From NCBI GenBank assembly GCA_963785305.1, contig CAWAUV010000009.1, positions 96,001-160,000 on the forward strand: 64,000 nucleotides of DNA, written 5' to 3'. The position numbers were made by a program, and so were the translations under genes. The notes under the pieces are model-generated. The model saw nothing but the letters and a program-made list of their open reading frames with translations, was not told where the DNA came from and searched no databases. Each line of letters begins with the position of its first letter. The first letter of the stretch is position 1. Source of the stretch: an uncultured Planctomycetaceae bacterium (GTDB lineage Bacteria; Planctomycetota; Planctomycetia; Pirellulales; PALSA-1355). This document shows, in pieces, positions 1-10,746 of this stretch.

Positions 1-225
1 CGCCGCGGCCGGGCGGCGCCGAATCACGCGCCGCCTCGTCTTGAAGCGCATGCCCACGACGCGCATCTGCGCGCAATGTTTGCGCGGGAAGACGAATCAA
101 CCAAGCAACTCAAAGCAAGCAATTACAGTAAGACAACCGGCCCTCGCGCTTGGGGCATGTGTGCGGCGAAACCGAACGCCAAGCGTCCAGGCCTCTAGGC
201 GTCCAGGCCGCGTGCGAGACGTTGA

Positions 226-3200
226 TCACTTCAGCATTCCGTCGAGCACTCGTTTCGCAGCCGGTTCGGTGGGGAAGGTGACGTAGTTCGGCAATTGCTT
301 CCGCTTGACCTCGAGGGCCAGCTTTTCTTGGTTGTCGCCCGTCGCGGCGATTTCGCGGTCGACTTGGCCGGCGACGCGTTTGACATGCTCGCGGCCTTGC
401 TCGTAAGCGGCGCGACCTTCGTCGGGCAACTGTCGGGCCGCGGTGTCGATCTGCTCGAGCAACGCATGGGGCGGGCGGCGGTTTTCAGGGGCGATGATCT
501 CGGCGTATTCTCGCAGCCGGCCGGCCCAAGCGGCCATCGCGGTGTTGAACCGGACATCGGCCGGCGAAGCGCTCGCGGGCATCGCCAACTTTTGCAACAG
601 TTGCAAAATATCGACCGAGCCGCCGTTGTAGTCTTGCTTGCGAAACCGGAGCCAAGCCGCCGCTTCGATGGGCAGCAAGTCCTCGGGACGCTCGATTTTG
701 AGCTCGTCGAAAATCTTGAGACTGTCGGAGTCTTTCTTGGCTTTGAGCAGCAGCAAGCCATAGATCATGTTGGGCTCGGGTTCCTTGCCCGCGAGTTGTT
801 TCGCTTGCTGATATTCTTTTTCGACCGACGCCGCCTCGAAGCGCGGAACCAGCAGGTTGCCATAGAGCTTGCGAATCGCGAGCTTGGCCTCCTCGGCCAG
901 CCGCGGCGGAGTGTCGTCGGGCAGAAAGAGCACCGGAGTTTGCGGCTCGGGCCCGCCCGAAAGCGCGGAGGTCAAGAATTCGTAGAGCTCGACCGGCTCG
1001 AGCCGGTTGTCCTTGTTGCGATCGGCGGCGCCGGAAAAGCCCTGGGCCAGGGCCAGGGCGAAGCGGCCTTCGCGCTCGGCGATCGAGTCTTGCCCGCGCT
1101 CGCCGGGCTTGCAACTGGCGATGGCGGTGATGGTGCGTACCGGCGAGAGCGCGCCCGGTTGGAGGAGCGACTCGATCATGGTCGAGCAGGCGGGCTCGAG
1201 TTTCAGGTCGGCGCCCGAGCCGGCATGGGTGGCGTCGAGCAGAAACAGTTTATCGCGCGCGGCGCATTTCTCGAATTTGTTCACGAGTTCGGAAAGGGCC
1301 ATGCCGGTCGCGTCGGGCTTCGAGAGCGTGAAATCGCGCGGGGCGAGCCAGATTTTGCCGGCCTTGTCGGCATAGCCGTGGCCCACATAGTAGACGACCA
1401 ATTGGGCCTGAGCCGGAATGCGATTGATGAAGCCCGGCAGGCTTTCCTCCCACAAGGCTCGCACATTGTCGACCAATAGCAGCGATTGCTCCTGGGGCAC
1501 TTGAAAACGGCCGATGAGCGATTGCATCACGAGCCGGGCGTCGGCGGCCGCGAACACCAGCGGCGAAATCGCGCGGTCGTCAAACGCCTGCTCGCCGATC
1601 ACCACCGCCCAGCGCTGCGAGTCGGGTTGGCGCACCGCGTCGACCGTGAGCGCTTCGGAGTTGGCGATATCGAGCGAATCGTAGGTTATTTTCACCTCGT
1701 CGCCGCGATGTAGATCGACCAATTGCGCGGGCGCGCCGCCCAGCCGCACCTTGGTGTCGTTGGCCACCAGACAGGTCACGGCCCGATCGGCGCCGGCCGG
1801 GAGTAGATCGAGCTCATGTTTCTCGGGCCGCGTGGCTTGCACGACGCCCGCCTGACGCAGCGTGCGATGGGCGTCGATCGCCACCACGCACTTGTCGTGT
1901 TCGACGGTCACTTCATCGCCGGGCTTCAGGTCCGATGCCTTGAGCAGGGCGCCCTCGAGCAGCTTGCGGCCATTGAGCGTGACCGTCACTTCGTCGGCCA
2001 GCGGCCAGGTTTCCAGCGGCACGTCGTCTTCGCGGCCCAGGGCAAATGTCGCTTCGCGACGGCCCAGGTCGAGCCGGCGGAGGTAGCCCTCGAGCGGCGT
2101 GACCCGGGCCACGTCCAGGGCCAGGGCTCGCCGCACATCGTCGGTTCCATCGTGTTCGACTTCCACCCGGTCGCCCGGTAGCAGGTCGGCCGCCTTAAAC
2201 GGCTTGCCTTGCCAGAGATCGTGGTTGTTGAAGCGAATCGACAGATCTGGCGGGATTTCCAGTTTGAGTTTCTTGCCCGGCGGGTCCTCGAGATCGACGG
2301 TCACATGGCCCGTGGCCGGGTCGGCTTCGGCCACCACCCCGCGGCTGCGTTCGGGCCGGGTGGCGTAGAAGTCGTGGATATCGCGGCCGCGTTTGTCGCG
2401 CGCGGGGGTTTTGATAATCAATTGGTCGCGCTCGTGGATATCGGTCAAGAGCGTGGGCTGGCCGTTGAGAAACATTTGATCGTCGTCGCGCACCGTGATC
2501 TCGCGCGGGGCCTGCGACTCGGTGTCCTCGATCACGATCGTGTGTTTGTCGGGCAGTAGATTTCGCACAACGCCATGAATATCGGCCGGCAATGGCGGTG
2601 GCCCCGTCGGTTTTTCGGGCGGGTTCAAGATCATCAAGGTGAGGGCGAGGGCCGACGACATGAGAAAGCCGAGCAGCGTGAGCATGATTTTCTTGCGTCG
2701 CTTGCGGCGGGCCTTTTCGGCCTGGGCCTCGGGGCTTTCCTCGTCGGGCACTCCGTCGGCATTGACAAGTTGCAGCCGGCTTTTGAGATCGGCCAGCGCT
2801 TCGCCGGCGCGGCGATAGCGCTCCTTCGGATTCTTGGCCGTGAGCCGCTGAATCACGAGGCGCAGGTCGTCGGGCACATCGGCCAACACGCGATCGATCG
2901 GCGGCAGCCGGCGATCGGGAGCGGCGTGCCACATCATCCAGGCGATCTGCTTGTTGCGGCCAAAAGCATCGAGCCCGGGAAAGAGGGTGTCGAACTCCTT
3001 GCCGCACATCAGTTCATAGGCGGAAAAGCCGAGCGAATAGAGATCGCTCGCCGGCCCCACCGGGCCGAAATGCGGCGAGACCAACTCGGGCGCCATATAG
3101 CGCGTGGTGCCTTTGACCAGGCTGCCTTGCTCGTTGTTCACACGGCGGGCAAGGCCGAAATCGCCCACCTTGACCCACGAGCGCTTGTCCAGAAACAGGT

Positions 3201-3591
3201 TGCTCGGCTTGATGTCGCCATGAATGATCTGGTTGGCATGCAGATATTCGAGCGCTTGCAGGCAACAACTGAGCGTCACGCGCAAAAGGTCCAGGTCGAG
3301 CGGTTCGCCGCGGGCGTATTTTTGCAAACTGGCCGGCATCAGTTCGAGCACCAGCCAACCGCGAGCGCGCACCATGTCGTAGATCGTCATGATCGAACGA
3401 TGCTCGAGCGAGGCGAGCAACTGCGCTTCGCGCCAGAAGCGGTCGAGCGTGTGGGTGTCGGCCAGATATTGCGGATGGATCTGCTTGATCGCCACCTCGC
3501 GACCCAGTTCCCGATCGCGGGCGCGATAGACAACGGCAAAATCGCCGCGGGCGATTTCGTTCAGCAATTCGTAGCGATTCGTGGCATCCAT
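226..3591 (-). CDS. Membrane Ser/Thr protein kinase with extracytoplasmic beta-repeats, caspase-like (peptidase C14-fold) domain and helical C-terminus
   Basis: N-terminal Hanks kinase motifs (VAIK, HGDIKPSN, DFG, GTTRYMAPE); basic run then TM helix (IMLTLLGFLMSSALALTLMIL); about four 'L..GD.V.V.' beta-repeats; caspase-like RWAVVIG...YYVGHG...LLDATHAG...SCKPGE. Confidence 0.85.
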   Translation of the reverse strand: MDATNRYELLNEIARGDFAVVYRARDRELGREVAIKQIHPQYLADTHTLDRFWREAQLLASLEHRSIMTIYDMVRARGWLVLELMPASLQKYARGEPLDLDLLRVTLSCCLQALEYLHANQIIHGDIKPSNLFLDKRSWVKVGDFGLARRVNNEQGSLVKGTTRYMAPELVSPHFGPVGPASDLYSLGFSAYELMCGKEFDTLFPGLDAFGRNKQIAWMMWHAAPDRRLPPIDRVLADVPDDLRLVIQRLTAKNPKERYRRAGEALADLKSRLQLVNADGVPDEESPEAQAEKARRKRRKKIMLTLLGFLMSSALALTLMILNPPEKPTGPPPLPADIHGVVRNLLPDKHTIVIEDTESQAPREITVRDDDQMFLNGQPTLLTDIHERDQLIIKTPARDKRGRDIHDFYATRPERSRGVVAEADPATGHVTVDLEDPPGKKLKLEIPPDLSIRFNNHDLWQGKPFKAADLLPGDRVEVEHDGTDDVRRALALDVARVTPLEGYLRRLDLGRREATFALGREDDVPLETWPLADEVTVTLNGRKLLEGALLKASDLKPGDEVTVEHDKCVVAIDAHRTLRQAGVVQATRPEKHELDLLPAGADRAVTCLVANDTKVRLGGAPAQLVDLHRGDEVKITYDSLDIANSEALTVDAVRQPDSQRWAVVIGEQAFDDRAISPLVFAAADARLVMQSLIGRFQVPQEQSLLLVDNVRALWEESLPGFINRIPAQAQLVVYYVGHGYADKAGKIWLAPRDFTLSKPDATGMALSELVNKFEKCAARDKLFLLDATHAGSGADLKLEPACSTMIESLLQPGALSPVRTITAIASCKPGERGQDSIAEREGRFALALAQGFSGAADRNKDNRLEPVELYEFLTSALSGGPEPQTPVLFLPDDTPPRLAEEAKLAIRKLYGNLLVPRFEAASVEKEYQQAKQLAGKEPEPNMIYGLLLLKAKKDSDSLKIFDELKIERPEDLLPIEAAAWLRFRKQDYNGGSVDILQLLQKLAMPASASPADVRFNTAMAAWAGRLREYAEIIAPENRRPPHALLEQIDTAARQLPDEGRAAYEQGREHVKRVAGQVDREIAATGDNQEKLALEVKRKQLPNYVTFPTEPAAKRVLDGMLK

Positions 3592-3672
3592 TGGCGACCG
3601 AGTGGCGGGGGGCGGCGATGGGGGCGATTCGAGATGGTTCGATGGGGCAGGCCGCGCGGCGCCGGGGCCGAC

Positions 3673-4858
3673 TTAGTTTTCTTCGATCGGTTCGGGCGTG
3701 TAATCTTGACCCAAGAGACGGGAGAGCTTGTCTTCGAGGTTCTTGTCGCTGGCGGGCGTGCCGGTCACGCCGTGAAACCGGTCGCCGCCCTCGGCGCGAA
3801 GCATGTCGAGCACTTTGCGATACTGCTGCTGAGCCGTCCTCAAGTCGCCGCGGGAATAAGCCTGTTGGGCTTGGCGCAGATTAACCTGATACGCGGCGAG
3901 CGGTTCCTTTTGTCCTTTATAATACAATTCCAGATCGCGGCGAATACGATCGCCCACCGGGTCGACCTGGCCATCGCCGCCGACATCGCTAAACAGCAGC
4001 ACCATGCTCACGCACAAGCTCCCGGCGATGGCGATCACTAGAATCAACGGATTGATCGATGAGCCATCGGTCACTTCTTTCGCGACTTTGAGATTGTCGA
4101 CCAGCGAGAGCGTGGGCAATTGTCCGTCGGGAGCAAGCTGCAAGCTCGACTCCGCGGCCTCGGAGGCGATAAACCGGGCGACTTTCCGCTGACCCGGCGG
4201 CGCCACGGCCCCCGCGACGGGCACGGTCGGCAATCGCGCCGTCGAAACGGCCGGGCTTGGCGAGTTGGCCTTGCTGAGTGAAGCGCCAGCCGAGCCGATG
4301 GCGCCGGCGATGGGCGGACTCGCGATCGGTGGCGCCGCGCTCGGACCTCGCGGTGGCGCGGCAACGGCGCCGAGCCCGGGCCGGCTTGGAGTCGCAACCG
4401 GCGGCGCCGCGGCCGGAGCCGCGATATAGAGCGGCGCCGGCGCCGCTTGGATCGGCGCGGGGCCGGCGGCCAAGGGCGGCGAGAGAGGCACATCGCCAAA
4501 CGAATTTGCAATGTTCTCGGCCCGAGCGCCGCTTGCGGCCAAGGACTCGCGCCTTGCGCGGGCGGCGCAACGACCCCAGGCGCCGCGGGAAATTGACCAC
4601 TGCGCGGAGGCGCCGCCGTGCGCTCGCCGCGCCGCCCGTTGCGCCGATTGGCGGGCTTGAACTGGAAAAGCCACCGCCCGGCGCCGGCGGAAATGCGTTG
4701 TTCGGCGCCGATGGCGTGGGGTCTTCACCCGGCGGCGCCTGATACGAGACCATCACGCGCATGTGACAGCCCGGACAGGCGACGTATTGTCCGCGCTGGG
4801 TCGCCGGAACCGACGACACCGCCCGGCAGCGCGGACACTCCAGCTTAACCCAACCCAT
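3673..4858 (-). CDS. Hypothetical membrane protein with N-terminal zinc ribbon and Pro/Ala linker (frameshifted; ORFs 3989..4867 and 3673..4728 joined)
   Basis: CPRC and CPGC motifs at the N-terminus; TM segment LILVIAIAGSLCVSMVLLF in the downstream frame; co-oriented between tadC and the kinase. Confidence 0.6.
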
Positions 4859-4951
4859 TGACCCCACGTCCAGTCAGCGATGTGCTTTTTAGCCGACCTC
4901 GAAACACGTTTTGTTCTCGCGGTCTTTGGAAACTTGGTTTTTGACCGACGA

Positions 4952-5959
4952 TTAAATGTTGAGCCCCGAGAAAAGATAGTTCAGCGCGAAGGGACCGATA
5001 ATGATGAGCACGGTCGACGCCATGACCAGAATGCCTGGCAGTAGCATGTTGACCCCCGCCTCGCCGGCCACGGTTTCGGCCCGCTGCGTGCGCTTGATTC
5101 GCAACACGTCGCTTTGGGTGCGAAACACATTGGCCAGGGGAGTGCCCAGGTTTTCTCCTTGGATGATCGAATGAATGATGCTGGCCACCTCTTCGTCGCC
5201 CAGGCGCCGGGCCATGGACTCGAAGGCTTCGGTGCGGGTCTTGCCCATCCGCATGTCGGACAGCACCCGCCCGAACTCTTGCGAAATCGGATGCCCCTCG
5301 AACTCTAGTATGGACTGATCGAGGGCCCGAAGGAAGTTGGCCCCAGCCTCCATCAACAAAGTAAGCAGGTCGAGCAAGAAGGGCAGCCGCCGCTTGATGG
5401 CCTGCAAACGCCGGGTGGCGCGGCGATGGAGCGCCCGCCGCATGAGCCAGCCGGCGACGCCGAGCATCGCCGCGGCGATCACCAGCCCCGGCGCCTGCAT
5501 CGCCTTGAAGCCCAGATACAGCACCACCGGGGCAAATAGCAGCACGAGCAGTTCGATCCGGGCCAAATATTCCTCGGCCAGCCAAAAGCGAGTCATGCCC
5601 GAGGCTTGAATTTCGCGCTGAATCTCGGGGAGGCTTTCGGCGAAGGCCCGGCGATTGAGCGGCGCCAGATAACGAATCACCGGCTGAAACACGCGATACA
5701 TGACATCGGCCTTGCGCAGCTCGTTGATGCGGCTGATGTCGTAGCGCCATTCGTCTCCCTGCTGCAAGTCATCGGTCCGCAGCACGCGGGCGACCCAGGT
5801 TCCCACCAAAGCCGCGCCGCCGCCCACGGCCGCCGAGGCCAAATAGGGCAGCAGCGAATCGACCACTGGCTTGGCGGCGTCGTCGGGACCCGGGCTTGCC
5901 GCTTGCGCGAGCAGGCTCAGGTCCGGAAGCCACGACACGAGGAACGGCAAAACCGACAT
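4952..5959 (-). CDS. tadC: TadC-like type II secretion system F family protein
   Basis: LPFLLDLLTLLMEAG, GKTRTEAF, GTPLANVFRTQS..RIKR.QRAE motifs; TM helices; follows tadA-tadB. Confidence 0.85.
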   Translation of the reverse strand: MSVLPFLVSWLPDLSLLAQAASPGPDDAAKPVVDSLLPYLASAAVGGGAALVGTWVARVLRTDDLQQGDEWRYDISRINELRKADVMYRVFQPVIRYLAPLNRRAFAESLPEIQREIQASGMTRFWLAEEYLARIELLVLLFAPVVLYLGFKAMQAPGLVIAAAMLGVAGWLMRRALHRRATRRLQAIKRRLPFLLDLLTLLMEAGANFLRALDQSILEFEGHPISQEFGRVLSDMRMGKTRTEAFESMARRLGDEEVASIIHSIIQGENLGTPLANVFRTQSDVLRIKRTQRAETVAGEAGVNMLLPGILVMASTVLIIIGPFALNYLFSGLNI

Positions 5960-5985
5960 GATACAACCCAAGCGCGAGTCCGCGG

Positions 5986-6858
5986 TCAAATATCCGGATG
6001 CAAAATAAAGCGGGCCCAAACATAAGCGGCGAGGTTCAAGATAAACGAAATGGCAAGTAGAATCTGACCCGGCACGGTCGTGAACAATCGCATGGTGTTC
6101 ACCGTGTCGACGAAATAATACACAATGAGAATCAGCAGCGGCGCGAGCGCCATGTAAACGGCCGCCTTGCGGGCTTGCGCCGTTTCCGACTGGATTTTCC
6201 GCTCGAGCCTTTGGAGCTCGAGCACGCTGCGGGCAATGCGATCGATTGTTTCGTTGAGCCGGCCGCCGCTCTGGCGACTGGCTTGAATCGCGGCGGCGAA
6301 GAGGGCGAAATTTTCGCTCTTGAGCCGAGCCTTGGCCTCGTCGAGGCAGCGCTCCATCGGTTTGCCGAGCTCGTATTCGCCCATGATGCGTTTGAATTCG
6401 GTCGAAATCGGCTTGGGGCATTGCTCGGCCAAAATCGCCAGGGCCTGCGCCAGCGAAAGGCCCGCTTTCACGGCGCTTGAGAGCGTGACCATGGCGTCGG
6501 CGAGTTGATCCTCGATTTTCAGGCGCCGAGTCTCCGCCATGCGCCGCAGCACATACCAGGGACCGCAGCTTAGGAGCAGGGTGAGGAGCACTCCGAAGAC
6601 GAGATTGTCGAGCCCGAGCCAGAGTCCGAAAAACACGGCCGCGAGAAACATCGACCAGAGAACGATCTGGCGGCGGAGATTCTTGGTCGAGACATGCAAC
6701 TGGCGGAGCTTGGCGCCGAGATCGCGTTCGGCGGCGCCAATGACGCGCGAATAGGTTCCTTGACCGAAATAGCCCGCCGCGCCGACGGCGAGCCCCATCA
6801 CCACCGTGGGTGTCCAGAATTGGAGCAGCGATTCTTTCGAGGGGTCCACGGGCGACAC
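5986..6858 (-). CDS. tadB: TadB-like type II secretion system F family protein
   Basis: QLADAMVTLSSAVKAGLSLAQAL, PISTEF, SGGRLNETI motifs; TM helices. Confidence 0.85.
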   Translation of the reverse strand: MSPVDPSKESLLQFWTPTVVMGLAVGAAGYFGQGTYSRVIGAAERDLGAKLRQLHVSTKNLRRQIVLWSMFLAAVFFGLWLGLDNLVFGVLLTLLLSCGPWYVLRRMAETRRLKIEDQLADAMVTLSSAVKAGLSLAQALAILAEQCPKPISTEFKRIMGEYELGKPMERCLDEAKARLKSENFALFAAAIQASRQSGGRLNETIDRIARSVLELQRLERKIQSETAQARKAAVYMALAPLLILIVYYFVDTVNTMRLFTTVPGQILLAISFILNLAAYVWARFILHPDI

Positions 6859-6927
6859 AACTCCGCGGGAGACAGGGACACGATCGCGGCGCGCGAGAAA
6901 CGCACGCCCCTTGTTTATTGTCCGACG

Positions 6928-8946
6928 CTAGGGCTTTCCTGGCAAGCGTGGCTGGGCCGGCGGTTGGGGCGGCGCCTGGGCCGCGCGACCGAGCGCCGGC
7001 GTGGCCACCGGCTGGCTGAGCGAAGCGGTCGCGGCGCCGGGGGCCTGGAGCGTCGGCGGCTCATAGTCGCGGCCGTACAAAAACTCGACTTCAAGCAGCC
7101 TTTTTTCAACCAATTCGTCGATAAACGTGGGCATGTAACCGGTCGGTTGCAGGCTCACGCCATCGCGAAAATTGAAAATATCGGTCACTTTGGCCCGATT
7201 CGTTTCGAGGTCGATATCGGTCACTTCCGAGATTTGCGTCACCGCGCGCCGGCCGCCGGAGAGCCGGTCGATATGCACGATCAGATCCAAGGCCGAGGAG
7301 ATTTGCCGGTGAATCGACACCATCGGCAAGTCGGCCGCCATGAGCATGAGCACTTCCAGCCGCTCGAGCACTTGCTCGGAGCTGTTGGCGTGGATCGTGG
7401 TCATCGAGCCATCGTGGCCGGTGTTCATGGCCTGGATCATGTCGAGCGCTTCGGCGCCGCGGCACTCGCCCACCACGATCCGGTCGGGCCGCATGCGGAG
7501 CGAGTTCTTCACCAAATCGCGAATCGTGTAGGCCCCGGTTCCCTCGACATTGGCGGGCTTGCTTTCGAGCGTCACGACATGCTCCTGATGGAGCCGGAGC
7601 TCGGTCGTGTCTTCGATCGTCACGATCCGCTCCTTGAACGGAACGAAGCCGCTGAGCACATTGAGAAAGGTGGTCTTTCCGGTGCCGGTGCCGCCGCTCA
7701 CGAGGATATTCGACCGATTGATCACCGCGGCCCTAAGGAACATGGCGGCGGTCTTGGTGATGCTGCCGATTTCGACCAGTTCGTTCATCGAGAGCCGCTG
7801 CAAGGGAAACTTGCGGATCGTGAGACAGGGGCCCTTGGTCGCCAGCGGTGGAATGATCGCGTTGACGCGCGAGCCGTCGGGCAGCCGGGCATCGACCAGC
7901 GGCTGACTCTTATCGATGCGGCGCCCGACCTGGGCCACGATCCGCTCGATGATCGACTCGGTTACCTTGTCGGAAATGAACCGCCGGCCCGAACGCTCGA
8001 TCACGCCGGCCCGTTCGACGAAAATCTGATCGCTCGCCACGACCATGATTTCCGTGATCGAGGGCGCGCGAAGCAGGTCTTGCAGCGGGCCGAAGCCGAA
8101 CACGATGTCCTTGAGGTCCTTCTTGAGCATCCGCAGGATCAGATACTTGCGCAGCTCGCCGTGCAGATGCGGCCGAACCAGATGGAAATAGTCGGCGAAT
8201 TTGTTTTCGACCTTGTATATCTGATTCGTGAGATCACGCTCGAGGACCAATTCGAGCCGCTGCCGCAAGAAATGCAGCAGGCCGTGCAATTCGGTCTCGC
8301 GCTCGGGCACCAGCGTGGCCGGGATATCGAAATCGTTGTGGGTGAAGAGCGCCGCCTCGCCATCGCGGCCGCCTTCCTCCATGATCAATTGATTGACCAA
8401 CTGGTCGCGAAGCACGATGCCCGTGATCTCCTCGAGCACCGCTTCGTTCTTCGGGCCGAAGACCTCCAGCTCGCGGCAAACATCCTCGATATTGTTTTCC
8501 AGCAGCACGATATTATCGTCGCCGCGCACGCTGTCGGTCTCGAACTCGTAGAGATCGAGCCGCTCGAGCAATTTGCGATGCAGCCGCAGTTCGAGATCGG
8601 CGATGATCGAGCGCAGATGCGACTCGAGCTCGGCCCGGGTAAACGCCGCGGCGGACTCGGTTTCGAAGCTGAGCGTGTAGGGCCAGATGCGCACCTTGAC
8701 GCCGGGCGAGAAGATCGCGGTTTGGCCGCCATAGACTTCGGTGTCGCCCACCAGGCAGCTATTGAGGCCCACGTTTTCGAGCTCGAGCTTGCCGTCGACC
8801 AACCGCACCAAGGCATGCTCGCGCGACACGAGCGGGCTAGGCAACACGAGCGTGTTTTCCGGATCGCGGCCGATACTGATCTCGGGCGCGTTCAGCTCGA
8901 CCATGCTGCGGCGGCTGTCGTGGATTTTGTTGTACCAGATCTTCAT
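6928..8946 (-). CDS. tadA: FHA domain-fused TadA/CpaF pilus assembly ATPase
   Basis: N-terminal FHA (ISIGRD..N, VSREHA, N); GFGPLQDLL, DARLPDGSRVN, Walker A GGTGTGKTT, LRMRPDRIVVGE, NTGHDGSMTTIHAN. Confidence 0.92.
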   Translation of the reverse strand: MKIWYNKIHDSRRSMVELNAPEISIGRDPENTLVLPSPLVSREHALVRLVDGKLELENVGLNSCLVGDTEVYGGQTAIFSPGVKVRIWPYTLSFETESAAAFTRAELESHLRSIIADLELRLHRKLLERLDLYEFETDSVRGDDNIVLLENNIEDVCRELEVFGPKNEAVLEEITGIVLRDQLVNQLIMEEGGRDGEAALFTHNDFDIPATLVPERETELHGLLHFLRQRLELVLERDLTNQIYKVENKFADYFHLVRPHLHGELRKYLILRMLKKDLKDIVFGFGPLQDLLRAPSITEIMVVASDQIFVERAGVIERSGRRFISDKVTESIIERIVAQVGRRIDKSQPLVDARLPDGSRVNAIIPPLATKGPCLTIRKFPLQRLSMNELVEIGSITKTAAMFLRAAVINRSNILVSGGTGTGKTTFLNVLSGFVPFKERIVTIEDTTELRLHQEHVVTLESKPANVEGTGAYTIRDLVKNSLRMRPDRIVVGECRGAEALDMIQAMNTGHDGSMTTIHANSSEQVLERLEVLMLMAADLPMVSIHRQISSALDLIVHIDRLSGGRRAVTQISEVTDIDLETNRAKVTDIFNFRDGVSLQPTGYMPTFIDELVEKRLLEVEFLYGRDYEPPTLQAPGAATASLSQPVATPALGRAAQAPPQPPAQPRLPGKP

Positions 8947-9059
8947 GCGAGCTATCGCGCGAGGGACACGAAGGGGGGGCGCTTGCGCGCCGGAAACGGG
9001 AATCTCCCGGCCCCGCGACCCGCCGCCGGCGCCGCGGGGCAAGACACACGACCGAGGCA

Positions 9060-9096
9060 TAAAAAAGCCCCGGGCAGCACGATGGCCCCCGAGGCT
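9060..9096 (-). terminator. Intrinsic terminator downstream of tRNA-Ile
   Basis: Minus strand AGCCTCGGG...CCCGGGGCT hairpin followed by a T run. Confidence 0.7.
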
Positions 9097-9117
9097 CTCC
9101 GACGATCGAAAAATGAG

Positions 9118-9190
9118 TGGCGCACCAAGATTCGAACTTGGGACCTCGACCTTATCAGGGTCGCGCTCTAACCAACTGAGCTATGCGCCC
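9118..9190 (-). tRNA. tRNA-Ile(GAT)
   Basis: GGGCGCATAGCTCAGTTGGTTAGAGCG, anticodon arm CGACC-CTGATAA-GGTCG, T arm CCAAG-TTCGAAT-CTTGG; 3' acceptor strand one C short; no encoded CCA. Confidence 0.95.
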
Positions 9191-9252
9191 GTAAATGGGC
9201 AAACCAAGGCCGGTAAATCGTGGCCAGCGAACCGCCCCGGGGTAGACTCCTG

Positions 9253-9280
9253 ATTTTATGCCCTGCAAACCGCCTGTCAA
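9253..9280 (-). promoter_or_regulatory. Sigma70-type promoter for tRNA-Ile
   Basis: Minus strand TTGACA-16 nt-TAAAAT about 60 nt upstream of the tRNA. Confidence 0.65.
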
Positions 9281-9409
9281 TTTCTCCTCGCCTAGTCCGC
9301 GGAGCGGCGGAGCCACTTCGGCGGGGCCGCCGGGCCGATTACGCGGGGGGCGAGGGTCGTAGCGGGGGGGCGACCGGCGTTTCGGCGGGAATCCTCCCGG
9401 CAAGCGAGG

Positions 9410-9970
9410 TCAATCCTCCATCACCTCGCGTTCCTTGAAACTGGCCAAGTTCGAGGCGATCAGCTCGAATTTCTTGGTCAATTCCTGGATTTCGTCTTTC
9501 GCTTTCTTGCAATCGTCCTCGGTCAGCTCTTTCTCTTTCTCGCCGGCGTCGGCCGCCTTGTTGCCATCGCGACGCACATTTCGCACCGCGACCTTCGCTT
9601 CCTCGGTCAGTTCCTTGATGCGCGCCACGAGCTTGCGGCGCACTTCGGTCGAAAGCGGCGGCACATTGATGCGAATCAGCCGCCCATCGTTCTGCGGATT
9701 GAAACCAAGTCCGCTCGCCTGGATGCCTTTTTCAATGTCCTTGAGCGTGCCCGGATCGAACGGGCGCACGACGATCTGAGTCGGCTCCGGGCAACTAATC
9801 GAGGCGATGCCCTTGATCGGCGTCGGCGAGCCGTAGATTTCCACGCGGAGCGAGTCGACGAGTCCCGGGCTCGCGCGGCCGGTGCGGATGCCGGCCAGCG
9901 CATTTTTCAAAACGGCGATCGCCTTTTCCATTCGCTCTTCGGTGTCGAGCAAGATGTCGTCGGAGGTCAT
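9410..9970 (-). CDS. frr: Ribosome recycling factor
   Basis: IRTGRASP, GFNPQNDG, PPLSTEVR, VRNVRRD motifs; rpsB-tsf-pyrH-frr order. Confidence 0.97.
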   Translation of the reverse strand: MTSDDILLDTEERMEKAIAVLKNALAGIRTGRASPGLVDSLRVEIYGSPTPIKGIASISCPEPTQIVVRPFDPGTLKDIEKGIQASGLGFNPQNDGRLIRINVPPLSTEVRRKLVARIKELTEEAKVAVRNVRRDGNKAADAGEKEKELTEDDCKKAKDEIQELTKKFELIASNLASFKEREVMED

Positions 9971-9983
9971 GAGTGGAGACGCC

Positions 9984-10746
9984 CTATTTGTGAACCATTT
10001 GGCGGCTGCTGATAAACGTGCCCAGCCGGTCGCCGCTGACGGCCCGCTCGATATTGCCTTCCTTGCGGAAGTTGAACACCAGAATCGGCATATCGTGCTC
10101 CATGCACTGGGCGATGGCCGTGGGGTCCATCACGCGCAGGTTTTGCTCGCGCACTTGCTGGAAGCTCAATTCGCTGTAGAGCACGGCATGGGGATTCTTT
10201 TCCGGGTCTTCGCTATACACGCCATCGACTCGCGTGGCCTTCATCAAGATATCGGCTTCGAGCTCGAGGCGCTCGCTGGGCCGCGGCGGTGTCGGTCGTG
10301 ACAAAGGGGCTGCCGGTGCCGGCGGCCAAAATCACGATGCGACCTTTTTCCAAATGCCGCTGGGCTCGCCGCCGAATATACGGCTCGGCCACGCCGTCCA
10401 TGCGAATCGCCGTGAGCAGCCGGGTCTGGCAGCCGAGGCTTTCGAGCCCATCTTGCAGCGCGAGTCCATTGATCACCGTGGCCAACATGCCCATGTAATG
10501 GGCCGTGGCCTCCTGGATGATCGAGTTCTTGGCCGTGAACTGGGCGCCGCGCAGGATATTGCCACCGCCGATCACGATCGCGATCTCGACGCCGCGCTGG
10601 GCGGCGCGATAGGTTTGCCTGGCGATCAGGCTCACCTCGTCCATGCTGATGCCTCGCTCGCCGACGCGCACGAAGCTCTCGCCCGACAATTTGAGCACGA
10701 TCCGTTTGTAAGGCAGCGGCACGCTCGCCCCGGCAGCATCGGCCAT
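9984..10746 (-). CDS. pyrH: UMP kinase (one frameshift near 10270)
   Basis: [29 protein letters not shown], then [20 protein letters not shown] in the other frame. Confidence 0.95.

Noticed and set aside
9118..9124. Mismatch at the first acceptor-stem pair of tRNA-Ile suggesting editing
   Set aside because: Best explained by loss of one base in a homopolymer, like the many other indels.
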